From the NCBI RefSeq assembly GCF_006345805.1, contig NC_043006.1, positions 85,746,001 to 85,810,000 on the forward strand: 64,000 nt of DNA, in the 5' to 3' direction. The DNA is from Octopus sinensis (taxonomy: Eukaryota). Below are positions 1 to 12,702 of this stretch, one piece after another. Position 1 is the first letter of the stretch. The number at the start of each line of letters is the position of its first letter. Under the pieces are notes generated by a model, which was not told the DNA's origin, did not search any database, and saw only the letters and a list, made by a program, of their open reading frames with translations. The translations under genes and the position numbers were made by a program.

Positions 1-1348
1 TTAGCGCAAGTGAACCATCCTCCATGCGAACACATTTCTCTCCTACCACATCACGATTCTCTCTCACACACTGTCTTGCAACACGAAATACCTCAAGTCT
101 TTCATCCTCATGGCGCAGGACATTGGCAAATTTTCTCTTATCTGCTTCCCCTCTGGCTAGATAGACCTGTCTCCTAGCTTCCCTTCTGGCAGTCTGATAC
201 CCTTCCCTGCTACCACCGTTCTTCCAGGCCTTCCAAGCCTGTTTCTTTTGTCTAATAGCCCTGTCAACAATATTGTTCCACCACCACGTTATTTTGGGTC
301 TTAAGGGGACTTTGCACCAGCCACAGATCTGGTCAGCGGCTTTCAGCAGGTTGTCCCTCAGAAACGTCCAGTTGTCTTCTACTCCATGTGTAGCTATACC
401 CCCTTCCACTTCGTCAAAGGCTTCAAGTAACATATCTCTAAATCTCTGTCCATTCGCAGGGGCTTTAAGCTTCCAGACCCTTCTTCTCCATGTTGGTCGT
501 CTTCTAGTCGCCCTCTTAGTCCTGATCCTAAAGTCACTAACTACCAGTCTATGTTGTGGGGTGCATTCTTCGCCTGGGAAGGTTTTGGCATTTATAAGCA
601 GCCATCTTTCCCTTTTTCTGGCAAGGATGTAGTCGATTTGGCTAGTATGCCGGCCCGATCGGTAGGTGACCAGGTGGCTTGTTGGTTTCCTGAAGTTAGT
701 GTTGCAGACCATAAGACTATTCGCATCGCAGAACTCCAGCAGCCTGGTTCCCTCCTCGTTGCGGGAACCATAACCGTAGCCTCCATGTACGCCATGGAAG
801 CCCCCAGGATGTCGTCCAACATGCCCATTGAAATCACCAGCCACAAAGAGAAGGTCCCTGTCGTTCGTCGATAAGGTGGTCTGCAGTAGGGTGTCATAGA
901 AACTGTCTTTCTGTCCATCGGGTAGCCCTGGCTGAGGGGCATAGGCCGATATAATGGTTGCTAATCTATTATGAAGCACTATTCTAATCTTAAGTATTCT
1001 GTCACTTACTCTGATTACCTCAATTACTCTATCTATCCATTTCTCAGCGATAAGTATACCCACGCCACCAACCCCGTCAGTGTTCCCTGCCCAGAAAATC
1101 TTGTACCTGTGTTCCTTGCCTGTGAGGACCCTAGCAGATCCTCCTCTCCACCTTATTTCTTGCATACAACATACATCAACACGTCTCCGTTCAAGCATCT
1201 CGACTATCTCGCCAGACCTACCTTTCAATGTGCCAACGTTGAGGGTGCCCACCCTGAGGGTGTGGGAGGTGTGGGCCTCTGAGACCCTGGGATGAGGGAC
1301 AGCAGTGTTATGTACCTGAAAAGAAAGCTTGCATTTGCCAGATATCAT
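1..1348 (-). CDS. RTE-clade non-LTR retrotransposon ORF, N-terminal part (apurinic endonuclease domain plus linker); runs off the left edge
   Basis: ATG at 1348 opens MISGKCK...LRVGTLNVGTLKGR...CMQEIRW...ISAYAPQ...VAGDFNGHVG...QIDYIL...QHRLV..., which are APE endonuclease motifs. The frame stays in phase to position 1. The ORF track misses it because no stop lies inside the window. Confidence 0.88.
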   Translation of the reverse strand, partial: MISGKCKLSFQVHNTAVPHPRVSEAHTSHTLRVGTLNVGTLKGRSGEIVEMLERRRVDVCCMQEIRWRGGSARVLTGKEHRYKIFWAGNTDGVGGVGILIAEKWIDRVIEVIRVSDRILKIRIVLHNRLATIISAYAPQPGLPDGQKDSFYDTLLQTTLSTNDRDLLFVAGDFNGHVGRHPGGFHGVHGGYGYGSRNEEGTRLLEFCDANSLMVCNTNFRKPTSHLVTYRSGRHTSQIDYILARKRERWLLINAKTFPGEECTPQHRLVVSDFRIRTKRATRRRPTWRRRVWKLKAPANGQRFRDMLLEAFDEVEGGIATHGVEDNWTFLRDNLLKAADQICGWCKVPLRPKITWWWNNIVDRAIRQKKQAWKAWKNGGSREGYQTARREARRQVYLARGEADKRKFANVLRHEDERLEVFRVARQCVRENRDVVGEKCVRMEDGSLAL

Positions 1349-1501
1349 ACTGAGACTCTAGACTACAACCTGCATAAATTTCACAGTTTTTGCGCTATAT
1401 GATCACAATAAACCCTACATAGGGGTGCGGGGGGGGGGTCAAGAAAGATAGAAAACAGAAACTTCCGGTTCTGGTGGATGGGTGGGAGGGCGGGGTCACC
1501 T

Positions 1502-3597
1502 CGAAGGAACAACAGGTTTTAAGTTAATACGTAGGGAATTTTCTGCAACAGAAATTACTGAACATCTAGGAACTTCGGGGTTCGAGAAGAACGTAATATA
1601 AATAAGAGAGAGAGAAAAAATTTCGTAGGGAATTTAGGGTATCTTTGGGGAAAGGAATAACGACGAAGGAACAACAGGTTTTAAGTTAATACGTAGGGAA
1701 TTTTCTGCAACAGAAATTACTGAACATCTAGGAACTTCGGGGTTCGAGAAGAACGTAATATAAATAAGAGAGAGAGAAAAAATTTCATAGGGAATTTAGG
1801 GTATCTTTGGGGAAAGGAATAACGACGAAGGAACAACAGGTTTTAAGTTAATACGTAGGGAATTTTCTGCAACAGAAATTACTGAACATCTAGGAACTTC
1901 GGGGTTCGAGAAGAACGTAATATAAATAAGAGAGAGAGAAAAAATTTCGTAGGGAATTAGGGTATCTTTGGGGAAAGGAATAACGACGAAGGAACAACAG
2001 GTTTTAAGTTAATACGTAGGGAATTTTCTGCAATAGAAATTACTGAACATCTAGGAACTTCGGGGTTCGAGAAGAACGTAATATAAATAAGAGAGAGAGA
2101 AAATATTTCGTAGGGAATTTAGGGTATCTTTGGGGAAAGGAATAACGACGAAGGAACCACAGGTTTTAAGTTAATACGTAGGGAATTTTCTGCAACAGAA
2201 ATTACTGAACATCTAGGAACTTCGGGGTTCGAGAAGAACGTATATAAATAAGAGAGAGAGAAAAAATTTCGTAGGGAATTTAGGGTATCTTTGGGGAAAG
2301 GAATAACGACGAAGGAACAACAGGTTTTAAGTTAATACGTAGGGAATTTTCTGCAACAGAAATTACTGAACATCTAGGAACTTCGGGGTTCGAGAAGAAC
2401 GTAATATAAATAAGAGAGAGAGAAAAAATTTCATAGGGAATTTAGGGTATCTTTGGGGAAAGGAATAACGACGAAGGAACAACAGGTTTTAAGTTAATAC
2501 GTAGGGAATTTTCTGCAACAGAAATTACTGAACATCTAGGAACTTCGGGGTTCGAGAAGAACGTAATATAAATAAGAGAGAGAGAAAAAATTTCGTAGGG
2601 AATTTAGGGTATCTTTGGGGAAAGGAATAACGACGAAGGAACAACAGGTTTTAAGTTAATACGTAGGGAATTTTCTGCAACAGAAATTACTGAACATCTA
2701 GGACTTCGGGGTTCGAGAAGAACGTAAATAAATAAGAGAGAGAGAAAAAATTTTGTAGGGAATTAGGGTATCTTTGGGGAAAGGAATAACGACGAAGGAA
2801 CAACAGGTTTTAAGTTAATACGTAGGGAATTTTCTGCAACAGAAATTACTGAACATCTAGGAACTTCGGGGTTCGAGAAGAACGTAATATAAATAAGAGA
2901 GAGAGAAAAAATTTCGTAGGGAATTTAGGGTATCTTTGGGGAAAGGAATAACGACGAAGGAACAACAGGTTTTAAGTTAATACGTAGGGAAGTTTCTGCG
3001 ACAGAAATTACTGAACATCTAGGAACTTCGGGGTTCGAGAAGAACGTAATATAAATAAGAGAGAGAGAAAAAATTTCGTAGGGAATTTAGGGTATCTTTG
3101 GGGAAAGGAATAACGACGAAGGAACAACAGGTTTTAAGTTAATACGTAGGGAATTTTCTGCAACAGAAATTACTGAACATCTAGGAACTTCGGGGTTCGA
3201 GAAGAACGTAATATAAATAAGAGAGAGAGAAAATATTTCGTAGGGAATTTAGGGTATCTTTGGGGAAAGGAATAACGACGAAGGAACAACAGGTTTTAAG
3301 TTAATACGTAGGGAATTTTCTGCGACAGAAATTACTGAACATCTAGGAACTTCGGGGTCGAGAAGAACGTAATATAAATAAGAGAGAGAGAAAAAATTTC
3401 GTAGGGAATTTAGGGTATCTTTGGGGAAAGGAATAACGACGAAGGAACAACAGGTTTTAAGTTAATACGTAGGGAATTTTCTGCAACAGAAATTACTGAA
3501 CATCTAGGAACTTCGGGGTTCGAGAAGAACGTAATATAAATAAGAGAGAGAGAAAAAATTTCGTAGGGAATTTAGGGTATCTTTGGGGAAAGGAATA
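1502..3597. repeat. Tandem array of ~13 near-identical 162-bp units
   Basis: Unit starts (CGAAGGAACAACAGG) at 1502, 1664, 1826, 1987, 2149, 2310, 2472, 2634, 2793, 2955, 3117, 3279 and 3440. CGTAGGGAATTT occurs twice per unit. Confidence 0.97.
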
Positions 3598-3611
3598 TAT
3601 ATATATATGTA

Positions 3612-4404
3612 TCTCTCTATATATAAACGGCAGTTTGTCTGTCTGTGTGTCTGTCAGGTTGTACCCTCACCCTGACCATGGCTTTCAACCGATTCTGGTG
3701 AAACTTGACACACACGTAGCCCAATGTCATAATTCAAAACTAACGCAGCGAAAATTTTGAAAAGTTCCCCCAGCTCTGAAAAAAAATCGATAAATTCGAC
3801 ATGGGTCGAGAATCTAAACTTTTTATATGCAACACATTTTCTACAGACTGTCTAGGGGATGCAACTCGACCTTTTTAACTCTCGGAACACGTGGGGTAAG
3901 TATCCCAAAATGTATAAAAATGTACAAAAACGGCAAAAAAGCGGGCAGCAATGTGAGTGACAACAACGAAAAAGTCAAAAGTGACCAAACTGAACAAACG
4001 AATGGAAAAGGTTTTTTGATGCACACAACAAAAGCGGTTTATAATAAACCAAGAGTTTGCAAGTAGCGTCCGAGGACCCTTAGGGTACATCAAAAATTTA
4101 AGGTAAAACGTTTGGGGTGGTAGTTATAAAGAAAGTGTAAACAAAAAAAGTATTCGAATAACTTGCGGCTGCAGCAGCTATTAGCAGAAGTGTTGGGGGT
4201 AAAGTCTCGAATGTAATTTCTTCCTGGTAGGAATTGGTTGGGTTGAATTATCGATAGCTGTTTGATAGTTATTTAGGAGTGAAGAGAAGACATTGCAACT
4301 TATACATGCGCCTTCGTTCCCTAGAGGGAAAGGACTAGATTGGGATTAGTCGTTGCCTACTAGGGGCTCTTACATACCCGGGCAACGCAGGGCTATGCTG
4401 CTAG
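3612..4404 (+). mobile_element. Non-autonomous Helitron
   Basis: 5' TC(TC)TATATATAAA start, 3' hairpin CCCGGGCAACGCAGGG then CTAG, inserted between A and T. The first ~200 bp recur at 14206. Confidence 0.8.
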
Positions 4405-4498
4405 TATATATATATATATATATATATGGATTTCGTAGACAGGAACTGAAACAAATCAATCATATATATATATGTATGTATATATGTAAGTGTATGTG

Positions 4499-7208
4499 TC
4501 TTGGTATTGGCAACATGAATGACAATGACCAGAAACTACTTGAATTTTGCTCATATCATAACCACCTGTGCATCACTAACACATTCTTTGCCAACAAAAC
4601 ATCCCACAAGGCATCTTGGAGACATCCAAGATCTCACCACTGGCATCAGCTCGATTTCATCATTACACGAAGATCCTTTCTGAATTCTGTTCAACTGACC
4701 CGTAGTTACCACAGCGCAGATTGTGACACAGATCATTCATTAATTAGAAGCAGGGTGAGGATTCTGCCTAAAAAGGTCCATCACTCCAAGAAAATGGGCT
4801 GACCACACATTAACACTGCCAGAACTTCTGACCCTACACAGCGACAATACTTGCTGTTTCTATCAAAGTTGCCCTCAGTAGCTGCCCAACCTCCTCTGCT
4901 GAAAGTAGGTGGAATTATATCAGGGAAGCTTTGTATACCACATCAATAGATACTTTCGGCATGAGAGAAAGGCAAAACCCAGATTTTGTTCAGTGCTGGG
5001 CTCTCAGAGCTGGAAACAGTTATCAAAGCAAAGCGTGCAGCTCTGATGCAATACAAGAGTGATTCTTCTACAAAGTCACTCGAAGAACTCAGAAAGGCAA
5101 GAAATAAAACCCAACTGACTGGCAGACACTGTGCAAATAGGTATTGGCAGGAAATCTGTCAGAGTATCCAGTCAGCTGCTGACAGTGGTGACACCTGTGG
5201 GATGTATGCCGGTTTGAAGAAGGCCCTCGGTCCATCCGCAACCAAGTCAGCCCTTCTGAAATCAACTACTGGAGATCTCATCAAGGACCAAAGCAAGCAA
5301 ATGGATAGATGGGTGGAGTACTACCAGGATCTGTACTCACGGGGGACCACAGTAGCTGCGGCTGCAATCGAGAGTGTCAAGATCTTGCCAGTCATGTGTG
5401 AACTTGACAGTCTGTCATCTATAGCAGAGCTCACCAAGGCTATTGAATCCCTAGCAAGTGACAAGGCTCCGGGAAAAGACGACATCCCCTTAGAAATCAT
5501 CAAAGCCAGCAAAAACACCATCCTGCTTCAGCACCTTCATGAGCTTCTGTGTCGGTGCTGGGAAGAGAGTACAGTCCCTCAGGATATGCAGGATGCTAAC
5601 ATCATTACGCTTTACAAAAACAAAGGTGACCGTGGTGATTGTAACAATTACCGTGGAATATCTCTTCTAAGCACTGTTGGAAAGGACTTTGCTCACATTA
5701 TCCTGTCCAGGCTACAACTGCTTGCTTCTCGAATTTATCCAGAATCGCAGTGTGGCTTTAGAAGAAGTAGATCAACTATTGACATGATATTCTCCATACA
5801 CCAACTTCAGGAGAAGTCCAGAGAGCAGAAAATGCCATTATATATGACCTTCATTGATCGGACAAAGGCCTTTGACTTGGTAAGTAGAAAAGACCTCTTC
5901 ATTCTGCTCCAAAAAATCAGATGTCCACCAAAGCTGCTGAGGATCATCACATCTTTCCATGATGATATGCAAGGCACCATACAGCACAGTGGTTCAGCAT
6001 CAACTGCCTTCCAAATAAAAAATGGGGTAAAGCAAGGTTATGTCCTTGCTCCTACATTATTTGGCATCTTCTCGCTGCTGCTGTCACATGCCTTTAAGAC
6101 ATCAGATGATGGAGTGTTTCTGCATGGTAGATGTGATGGGAAACTGTTCAATCTCTCGCGTCTGTGTACCAAGACCAAAATCAGAAGTGTCCTGATCAAG
6201 GAGATGCTATTTGCTGATGATGCCGCTCTGGTATCACACACAGAGGAAGCCCTACAAAGGCTCATCAACTGTTTTGAGCAAGCATGTAGCAACTTTGGCT
6301 TAGTTATCAGCCTCAAGAAGACCAACATCATGGGTCAGGCTACATCGGACATCCCAAACATACATATTGGAGACCACAGACTACAGGAGGTGGAGAAGTT
6401 TACCTATCTTGGCTCTACCGTCACCTACAACCTATCCCTTGATGCTGAGCTCAATATACACATTGGCAAGGCAGCTGCTGTGATGGCCCAACTCTCCAAA
6501 CGGGCATGGGACAACAATAAGCTGACCAAGACTACAAAAATGAAGATTTACCAGGCATGTGTACATAGCACTCTACTGTATGGAAGTGAGACTTGGACGC
6601 CATACGATGTCATACGTCGCCTAAATATCTTTCACCTGCACTGCCTCCGGAAAATCTTTCGCATCAAATGGCAGAATCATGTCCCCAAGCAAGCAGGAAT
6701 ACCAAGCATGTTTGCACTCCTCACACAAAGACGTATGAGATGGCTTGGACATGTTAGCCATATGGAAGATGGCAGAATCTCCAAGGACATACTCTACGGA
6801 GAGCTTGCTAGGGGCACTAGGTCTGTGGGAAGACCGTTCTTACGATACAAGGATGTTTGCAAAAGGGACATGAATGCCTGCAACATCAATATTACCAACT
6901 GGGAAGCAGTTGCCAGCAACCGTGGAGATTGGCGACGTACCGTAAAAGAGGGAACACAAAGGAATGACATAGAGAGAGAGGAGAAATGGAAAGACAAGAA
7001 AAGACGTCAACAAGAAACTATGACATTACAACCAGCCAGGCAAAGTCTTTGCTACATTTGCGGCACCTGCCAGAGGGAGTGTTTGTCCAGGATAGGACTA
7101 CACAGCCACAGCATGAGATGTATTAGGACATGAAATGTAAAAGCCTGACTAGATTATTTTATGCGCAACTCCATTGTCTCCCGAGACAAAAAGGATGCCA
7201 ACAACAAT
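4499..7208 (+). mobile_element. 5'-truncated, decayed RTE/BovB-like LINE
   Basis: Partial endonuclease (KLLEFC...TNTFF...WRHPRSHHWHQLD...DTDH), reverse transcriptase, short 3'UTR, (CAA)n tail, and flanking ~75-bp direct repeats. Confidence 0.92.
4986..7133 (+). pseudogene. Reverse transcriptase plus C-terminal C2H2 finger of the RTE LINE (715-aa open stretch, disconnected from the endonuclease by a stop/frameshift near 4800)
   Basis: YRGISLLS, PESQCGFR, KAFDLV, GVKQG, LFADD, FTYLGS, LLYGSETW, RWLGHV, CGTC...HSH motifs. Confidence 0.9.
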
Positions 7209-7504
7209 CTATATGGATTTCGTAGACAGGAACTGAAACAAATCAATTGTATATATATGTATGTATATATGTAAGTGTATGTGTGTGTCTTTGTCTCTGT
7301 GTTTCGCCCTCATCACTGCTTCACAACTGCTGTTCATTTATTTACATCCACATAACTTACTGGTTTCACAAGAACAAATAGAATAAGTACTAGGCTTATC
7401 AACATAAAAAAGCACTAGGCTGTGTCTCATATTTTTGTTTGCCCACTCGGTTGTATCTATCAATTTATCTTTGTATGTGTGTGTGTGTGTGTATTTATAT
7501 ATAT

Positions 7505-8799
7505 ATTTATATCAGCCTAATGGGAGCCTTAACTCCCAAATTTTAGTCATTTCTTTTATGATCCAAAACTAGGTCAAAAGTACTGAATGGATCTTTATGA
7601 AATTTGGAAATTATAGTCTATGCATAAGGGCCATAACCCCCATGACAATTCATATATTTTTGCTGTTAATGAAATTTTAACCATAGATATTAGACACAAA
7701 TGAAGTAATATTCATAAAATTTCATCTTCTTACAAAGTTAGAAAGACCCCGCCATGGAGACTTAACACCCACAATTTTGTCATTTTATTTAAGCAAAAAC
7801 GAATAGAGTTGTGCTCTTGAAAGCTGTAGGGTTACCCAAGCATAAAAGTTGGGCATTTTTTCTAATTCAATGGTACAACAGTTTGTGATTTCTGCAATGT
7901 GGTGCATAAATTGTCAAGTAAATGAGAGGCATCTTTGCCTCCATTGATTCAGTTGCAAAGTGTCGAGTAAAGTTATTTGATTGCAGACCTCCTTTCAGTC
8001 TTTTTATTATCACTCGGTCACACAGTCCCCAGACGGTAACATTGATTTCAAGGCCTTCCCTGATGAGTGGCTGGTTATTCAAAGACATTTATAGATTTTA
8101 AATTTATTCTGTCCAGTTAAGTATCAGTATAGTGGTCATTTGCAAACTCCAGAGGTGACACTTTAATTTCTCCTTAGCCCTCATGTCACACAGTTGTTAA
8201 TGTTGGTATCAGTTGGATCACACCCTTCCAATTGCTATAGATTCGTAATGCATCTTACGGCTGCGCCTGTCACCTGGATGGTGAGGAATCCTACATTGGG
8301 AGTGGTAACGACTAGGGTAGGGTAACTGACTGCTTATTGTAATCATTCGTCTTTTGGTTTCCAGTAGCTTTGCTCTCTTTTACAAACCCAGGGAACATAT
8401 ATTTCCTATTTCAAAGAAATTCAAACAATAGATATAAGACTAAAGTTAAAAAGATTTTCAACAATTCAACTTCTCTGGTTGACATTAAGATGCCCACCCC
8501 CAACAGGGGGCCTTAACTCTCACATTTTAGAGCTCTATGACCTTCATTTTTCAGGAGCAAAATCTTTTTAACAGGTTCAATAAGACTGGAATTTTAGAAT
8601 ATGCGCATAAAAATCAGTAGTATGGGATACATGTGGCATGATTACAAATTTTTTTAGGGTGTGTAAAGAGGGAAATAACCCTCATCTGCAATTTTGATGA
8701 AATTGGAAACATAGATATTCCAGTTCATTACAGAAAATATAACAGAAAAGTCTAATTCTTCAATTGAATGTAACCGGGCAACGCCAGGTATCTCTGCTA

Positions 8800-8800
<1 letters not shown>
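7505..8800 (+). mobile_element. Old Helitron-like element (3' end clear, 5' boundary uncertain)
   Basis: 3' hairpin CCGGGCAACGCCAGG then CTGCTAG|T at 8800. Internal GGGCCATAAC/GGGCCTTAACTC-like motifs are repeated. Confidence 0.5.
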
Positions 8801-8844
<44 letters not shown>

Positions 8845-8847
<3 letters not shown>

Positions 8848-10047
8848 TGTGCATAAGATATTTGAGGATAGATTTATATTTATAACTTTATTTATCAAAA
8901 AATACTCTGAAGATAAAAATTAACCTTTTCTATAAAGTTATTCAATAAAGCCACCTTCAGCTTCAACAACTGCTTCTATATGAGATCTAAATCATATACA
9001 TGCTCGAATCAAGTGGTCCTGGTTCATTTTGGACATTACTCTGACTATGGCAGCTTTCATAGAATCTTTGGTGTTATGAACGTGTTCATTGGTCTTTCTC
9101 TCAACAACGCTCCACTTGTAATAGTCCAATGGATTGAGATCTGGGGAATTAAGAGGCCGAATGTTAGGGGCCATATGATCATGAAAATTTTCAGCCATCC
9201 ATTCCTGTTACTTGAGCCATGTGTGGTAGTGCAGAGTCTTAGTGAAATACATATGGCCTTCCATTGCATACACTGTCTATCCAGGACTTAACAATTGTTT
9301 CCAGGACCTTAATGTAGGCGACAGAGTTAACTCTAAGGCCTTAAGGAATAGTAAGGAGGCATCATATGTCCTTCATTGCCGACAACCCCTAAAACCATGA
9401 CAGGTGCAGGAAATTTTGTATGCGTAACACTTGGAACTTCAGAAGGGTCTGCACATACCATCTGTCATTTTTTCTGTTAACTTTTTGATCTTGGTCGAAG
9501 TTTTTCTCGTTTGAGAAAAACCAAATTAAATCTTCTTCTGCTGGATTTTTCAGTTTAAGAGTTTTTAAATCTGATGTGGTGATTTTCTTTTGCTTTTTCG
9601 GACAAATTGACCTTTCTTCATCATATAAGACTTATATCTGGTGTCTTTGTGGACAACATTTCTGACTGTTCCTTCTGACACATGGAGATCTTTTGCAATT
9701 GACCTCGTGGACTTTCTGGGACTGTAAACAATGGTCTGTTGAACTTGCTGGATGAATTCAGGTGTTCTGATGATTTCAGAGCATTTAGAATGCTTTTTAT
9801 GCTTTGATACTGGTGATACATTTCCATCTTCAGTCTCTAGCTCCTTACAAACTTTGTAGACAAAAGACCTGGCAACTTTTAAAAATCGAGATATTTCTAA
9901 ATCGCTTTGCTCAACCTTTATAACCACAATTCTTGAGTAAGCTGAGGATCTGCCATTATTAGTTTCTGAAACAAAGATTATATAGAGTTAACAAAAAATG
10001 CAGCAATGACCCAAAAAAGGTTTTCCTCAAATACCTTATGCACCTTG
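8845..10047 (-). mobile_element. Tc1/mariner-superfamily (maT/DD37D-like) DNA transposon with disrupted transposase
   Basis: TA-flanked ~24-bp TIRs (CAGTGTGCATAAGATATTTGAGGA / TCCTCAAATACCTTATGCACCTTG). HTH fragment 9565-9927 and NSPDLNPLDY motif 8992-9198 lie in different frames. Confidence 0.9.
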
Positions 10048-10254
10048 TATATATAAAGTCTCTCATCTACCATGATAATAAATCGAGTGTGTTGTGAATA
10101 CATTCGTCGTAAAGAAGAAGCTGTTCTCCTGTAAAGAACACAACAGCGATAATCATATTTTCATTCAGGTCTACCGGAATGTATTAAGAATAAATTGTTT
10201 CGATTCTCGCTGTTCTCGCTACAAACAATGATTTATTATGATAACGTTTACTGT

Positions 10255-10572
10255 GAAGGCGCATGGCTCAGTAGTTAGAGCGTCGGGCTTACAATCGTGC
10301 GGTTGTAAGTTCGATTCCTAAACCGGGCTGTGTGTTGTGTTCTTAAACAAGACACTTTGTTTCACATTGCTCCAGTTCACTCAATTACAGAAAGAAGTCG
10401 CTACGTCTCTAGTGCCAAGCTGTATTTGCCTTTGCCTTGAATAACATCGGTGGGAAGGCTAGTATTCATAGGCGACTGCTGGTTTTCCACAAACAACCTT
10501 GCCCAGACTTAAGCCTCGGAGGGGAACTTTCTAGGTATATTCCCATAGGTATTTGTGACCGAAGGCGGTCTT
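10255..10572 (+). mobile_element. tRNA-derived SINE
   Basis: A box TGGCTCAGTAGTTAG and B box GTTCGATTCC, followed by a non-tRNA body. Second copy at 11352-11670. Confidence 0.8.
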
Positions 10573-10737
10573 AAATAATAATATCGTCTATTGGTGCACA
10601 TTATTGTACATTGGCAGAACTCTAACTTGACTTCTTTTTTTTTTTTTTTGAATGGAAGAAGTCATGTCCATTGTGATACTGATGCGAATTCTCTTATCAC
10701 TAGTTTACCAAGTAGAGAGAAGTCAATGAGGTTGTAT

Positions 10738-11074
10738 GGAATGGGAAGCACTCCGTCGGTTACGACGATGAGGGTTCCGGTTGATCCGATCAACGGAACA
10801 GCCTGCTCGTGAAATTAACGTGTAAGTGGCTGAGCACTCCACAGACATGTGTACCCTTAATGTAGTTCTCAGGGATATTCAGCGTGACACAGAGAGTGAC
10901 AAGGTCAGCCCTTTGAAATATAGGTACAACAGAAACAGGAAGTAAGAGTGAGAGAAAGTTGTGGTGAAAGAGTACAGCAGGGATCACCACCATCCCCTGC
11001 CGGAGCCTCGTGGAGCTTTAGGTGTTTTCGCTCAATAAACATTCACAACGCCCAGTCTGGGAATCGAAACCGCG
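10738..11074 (-). mobile_element. 5'-truncated SINE with 14-bp TSD
   Basis: CAATGAGGTTGTAT at 10724-10737 and 11075-11088. A B-box-like TTCGATTCC sits at the minus-strand 5' end. Confidence 0.8.
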
Positions 11075-11351
11075 CAATGAGGTTGTATAATAATACCTAA
11101 ACATACTTTGTGTTGCCTCCTGAGATCAGTTTAAATTAATATTAGTCATTGAGCAAATGTTTTTGTCTCTTCATCACGTAATTATTATTGATTTAATTAA
11201 TTTCGTCATATTAATTATGAAGACTCTAACTCAGTGATTCTCAACCATGTGTTGCTTGTGGATTCCTTAGATTCTTACCTTACTTCTACTAGGCTTCCTT
11301 CGCCATTCGATGTAAATTTAAAAAATCCTACTATATCTTTTTTCTTTTGTG

Positions 11352-11670
11352 AAGGCGCATGGCTCAGTGGTTAGAGCGTCGGGCTTACAATCATGAGATA
11401 GTGAGTTGGATTCCCGAACCAGGCTGTGCACTGTGTTCTTGAGCAAGACACTTTATTTCACATTGCTCCAGTTCACTCAACTGTAGAAATGAATTGCGAC
11501 GTCAGTAGTGCCAAGATGTATCAGACATTGCCAACATTGGTGGCATGGAGAGGGGAGGCTGGTATGCATGGGTGACTGCTGGTCTTCCATAAATAACCTT
11601 GCCCAGATTTGAGCCTCAGAAGGGAACTTTCTAGATGCAATACCATGATTATTCATGACTGAAGATCTTA
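11352..11670 (+). mobile_element. tRNA-derived SINE (same family as 10255)
   Basis: Colinear similarity to 10255-10572, with A and B boxes. Confidence 0.8.
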
Positions 11671-12702
11671 TAACTGCATTTTTATAATTAAACATCATTA
11701 GGAATTATATAAAAAAAAAACTTTGTTGAAATATTTCATGTATTGTAGAAGTATTAACAGTTTATTGCAGATATACTTTAACGGCAAAATCTTATATGGA
11801 CCCCCTAAAGGTCATAGAACCACTGCAATTTTGCTTAGGGATATAAAGTATTTATCGTCTCTTTAGGTGCAGCCGCATTGTAAAATTGACAACTTCATTT
11901 CTTCTTGTGAAACTCCACAACTCAGCATCAAACCAAAATTCTTCAATCGTGTCGGTCGTTCACTGGACTGGATCAGTCGTTCAGATTGTGATGGAATGTC
12001 AGGCCATGTGCAGCAATTCCCTTCTCTGTTAATTTCATCATGCACTAGTATCGAACAGGATCAATAACTCATACAGAATTATTATCGATGTACAAACATT
12101 GGCACCTTTACTAAAAGACTCTAAAACCAAGCCGAGGATTGCTCATTAAAACAAAAGATATTCTTATTCTTTTCAATATTGCAACATATTTGCAGTGAAA
12201 CTATCGAAATTGATTTCGAGTAATCCTAAACTTACAAGATTCAAGTGAAAGGGAATAACTTCGTAAAGGGAAATAATTCTTGCCCGATTTGATTTTTTTT
12301 TTTTCCTCGATATATTTTTCTAAACCCCGTCTTCGATTTGTGAGAAAACGATAACTTGAATCCTGCATTTAATTATTACTTTATAGGCTTGCTTGTTGTC
12401 TTCTTTTTTTGAGGTGTTTCACTCAGAAGGTAAAGAGGACCCTACAACATACCTAATGCCCGACAGGTGTTCGTTGATGGCATTACACACAAAAAGCAAA
12501 GGACTTTAACACTTTAACGGAGGAATTGAATTTGATGGTTATTCCAGTAATAATGTTAAATAACTACCAAATAAAACACAATTGGTGCTTTCTGCTTCAA
12601 GAAACTTGACATGTCTTATTTCTCAACAAAAAAAAACAGATTGGTGTATAAAACTGCTTTCAGCAGTTAAGAGTTACGAAATTTTGAGAGGGATGTAATA
12701 TG

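Noticed and set aside
273-1295. Plus-strand and alternative-frame ORFs in the track
   Set aside because: They are shadows of the minus-strand LINE ORF.
1310-1330. Splice acceptor (TTTCTTTTCAG) feeding the LINE ORF
   Set aside because: An in-frame ATG at 1348 already explains the ORF; there is no evidence of splicing.
1502-3597. CRISPR-like array
   Set aside because: Whole units are identical with no unique spacers, there are no cas genes, and the context is eukaryotic.
8058-8090. CTGATGAG hammerhead-like core
   Set aside because: No stem II followed by GAAA, and no closing helices.
10255-10330. tRNA genes here and at 11352
   Set aside because: The acceptor stem is poor and the sequence continues into a shared SINE body; these are SINE heads.
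11232-11825. hAT-like MITE (CAGTG...CACTG)
   Set aside because: The termini are suggestive, but there is no 8-bp TSD and it is too degraded to call.
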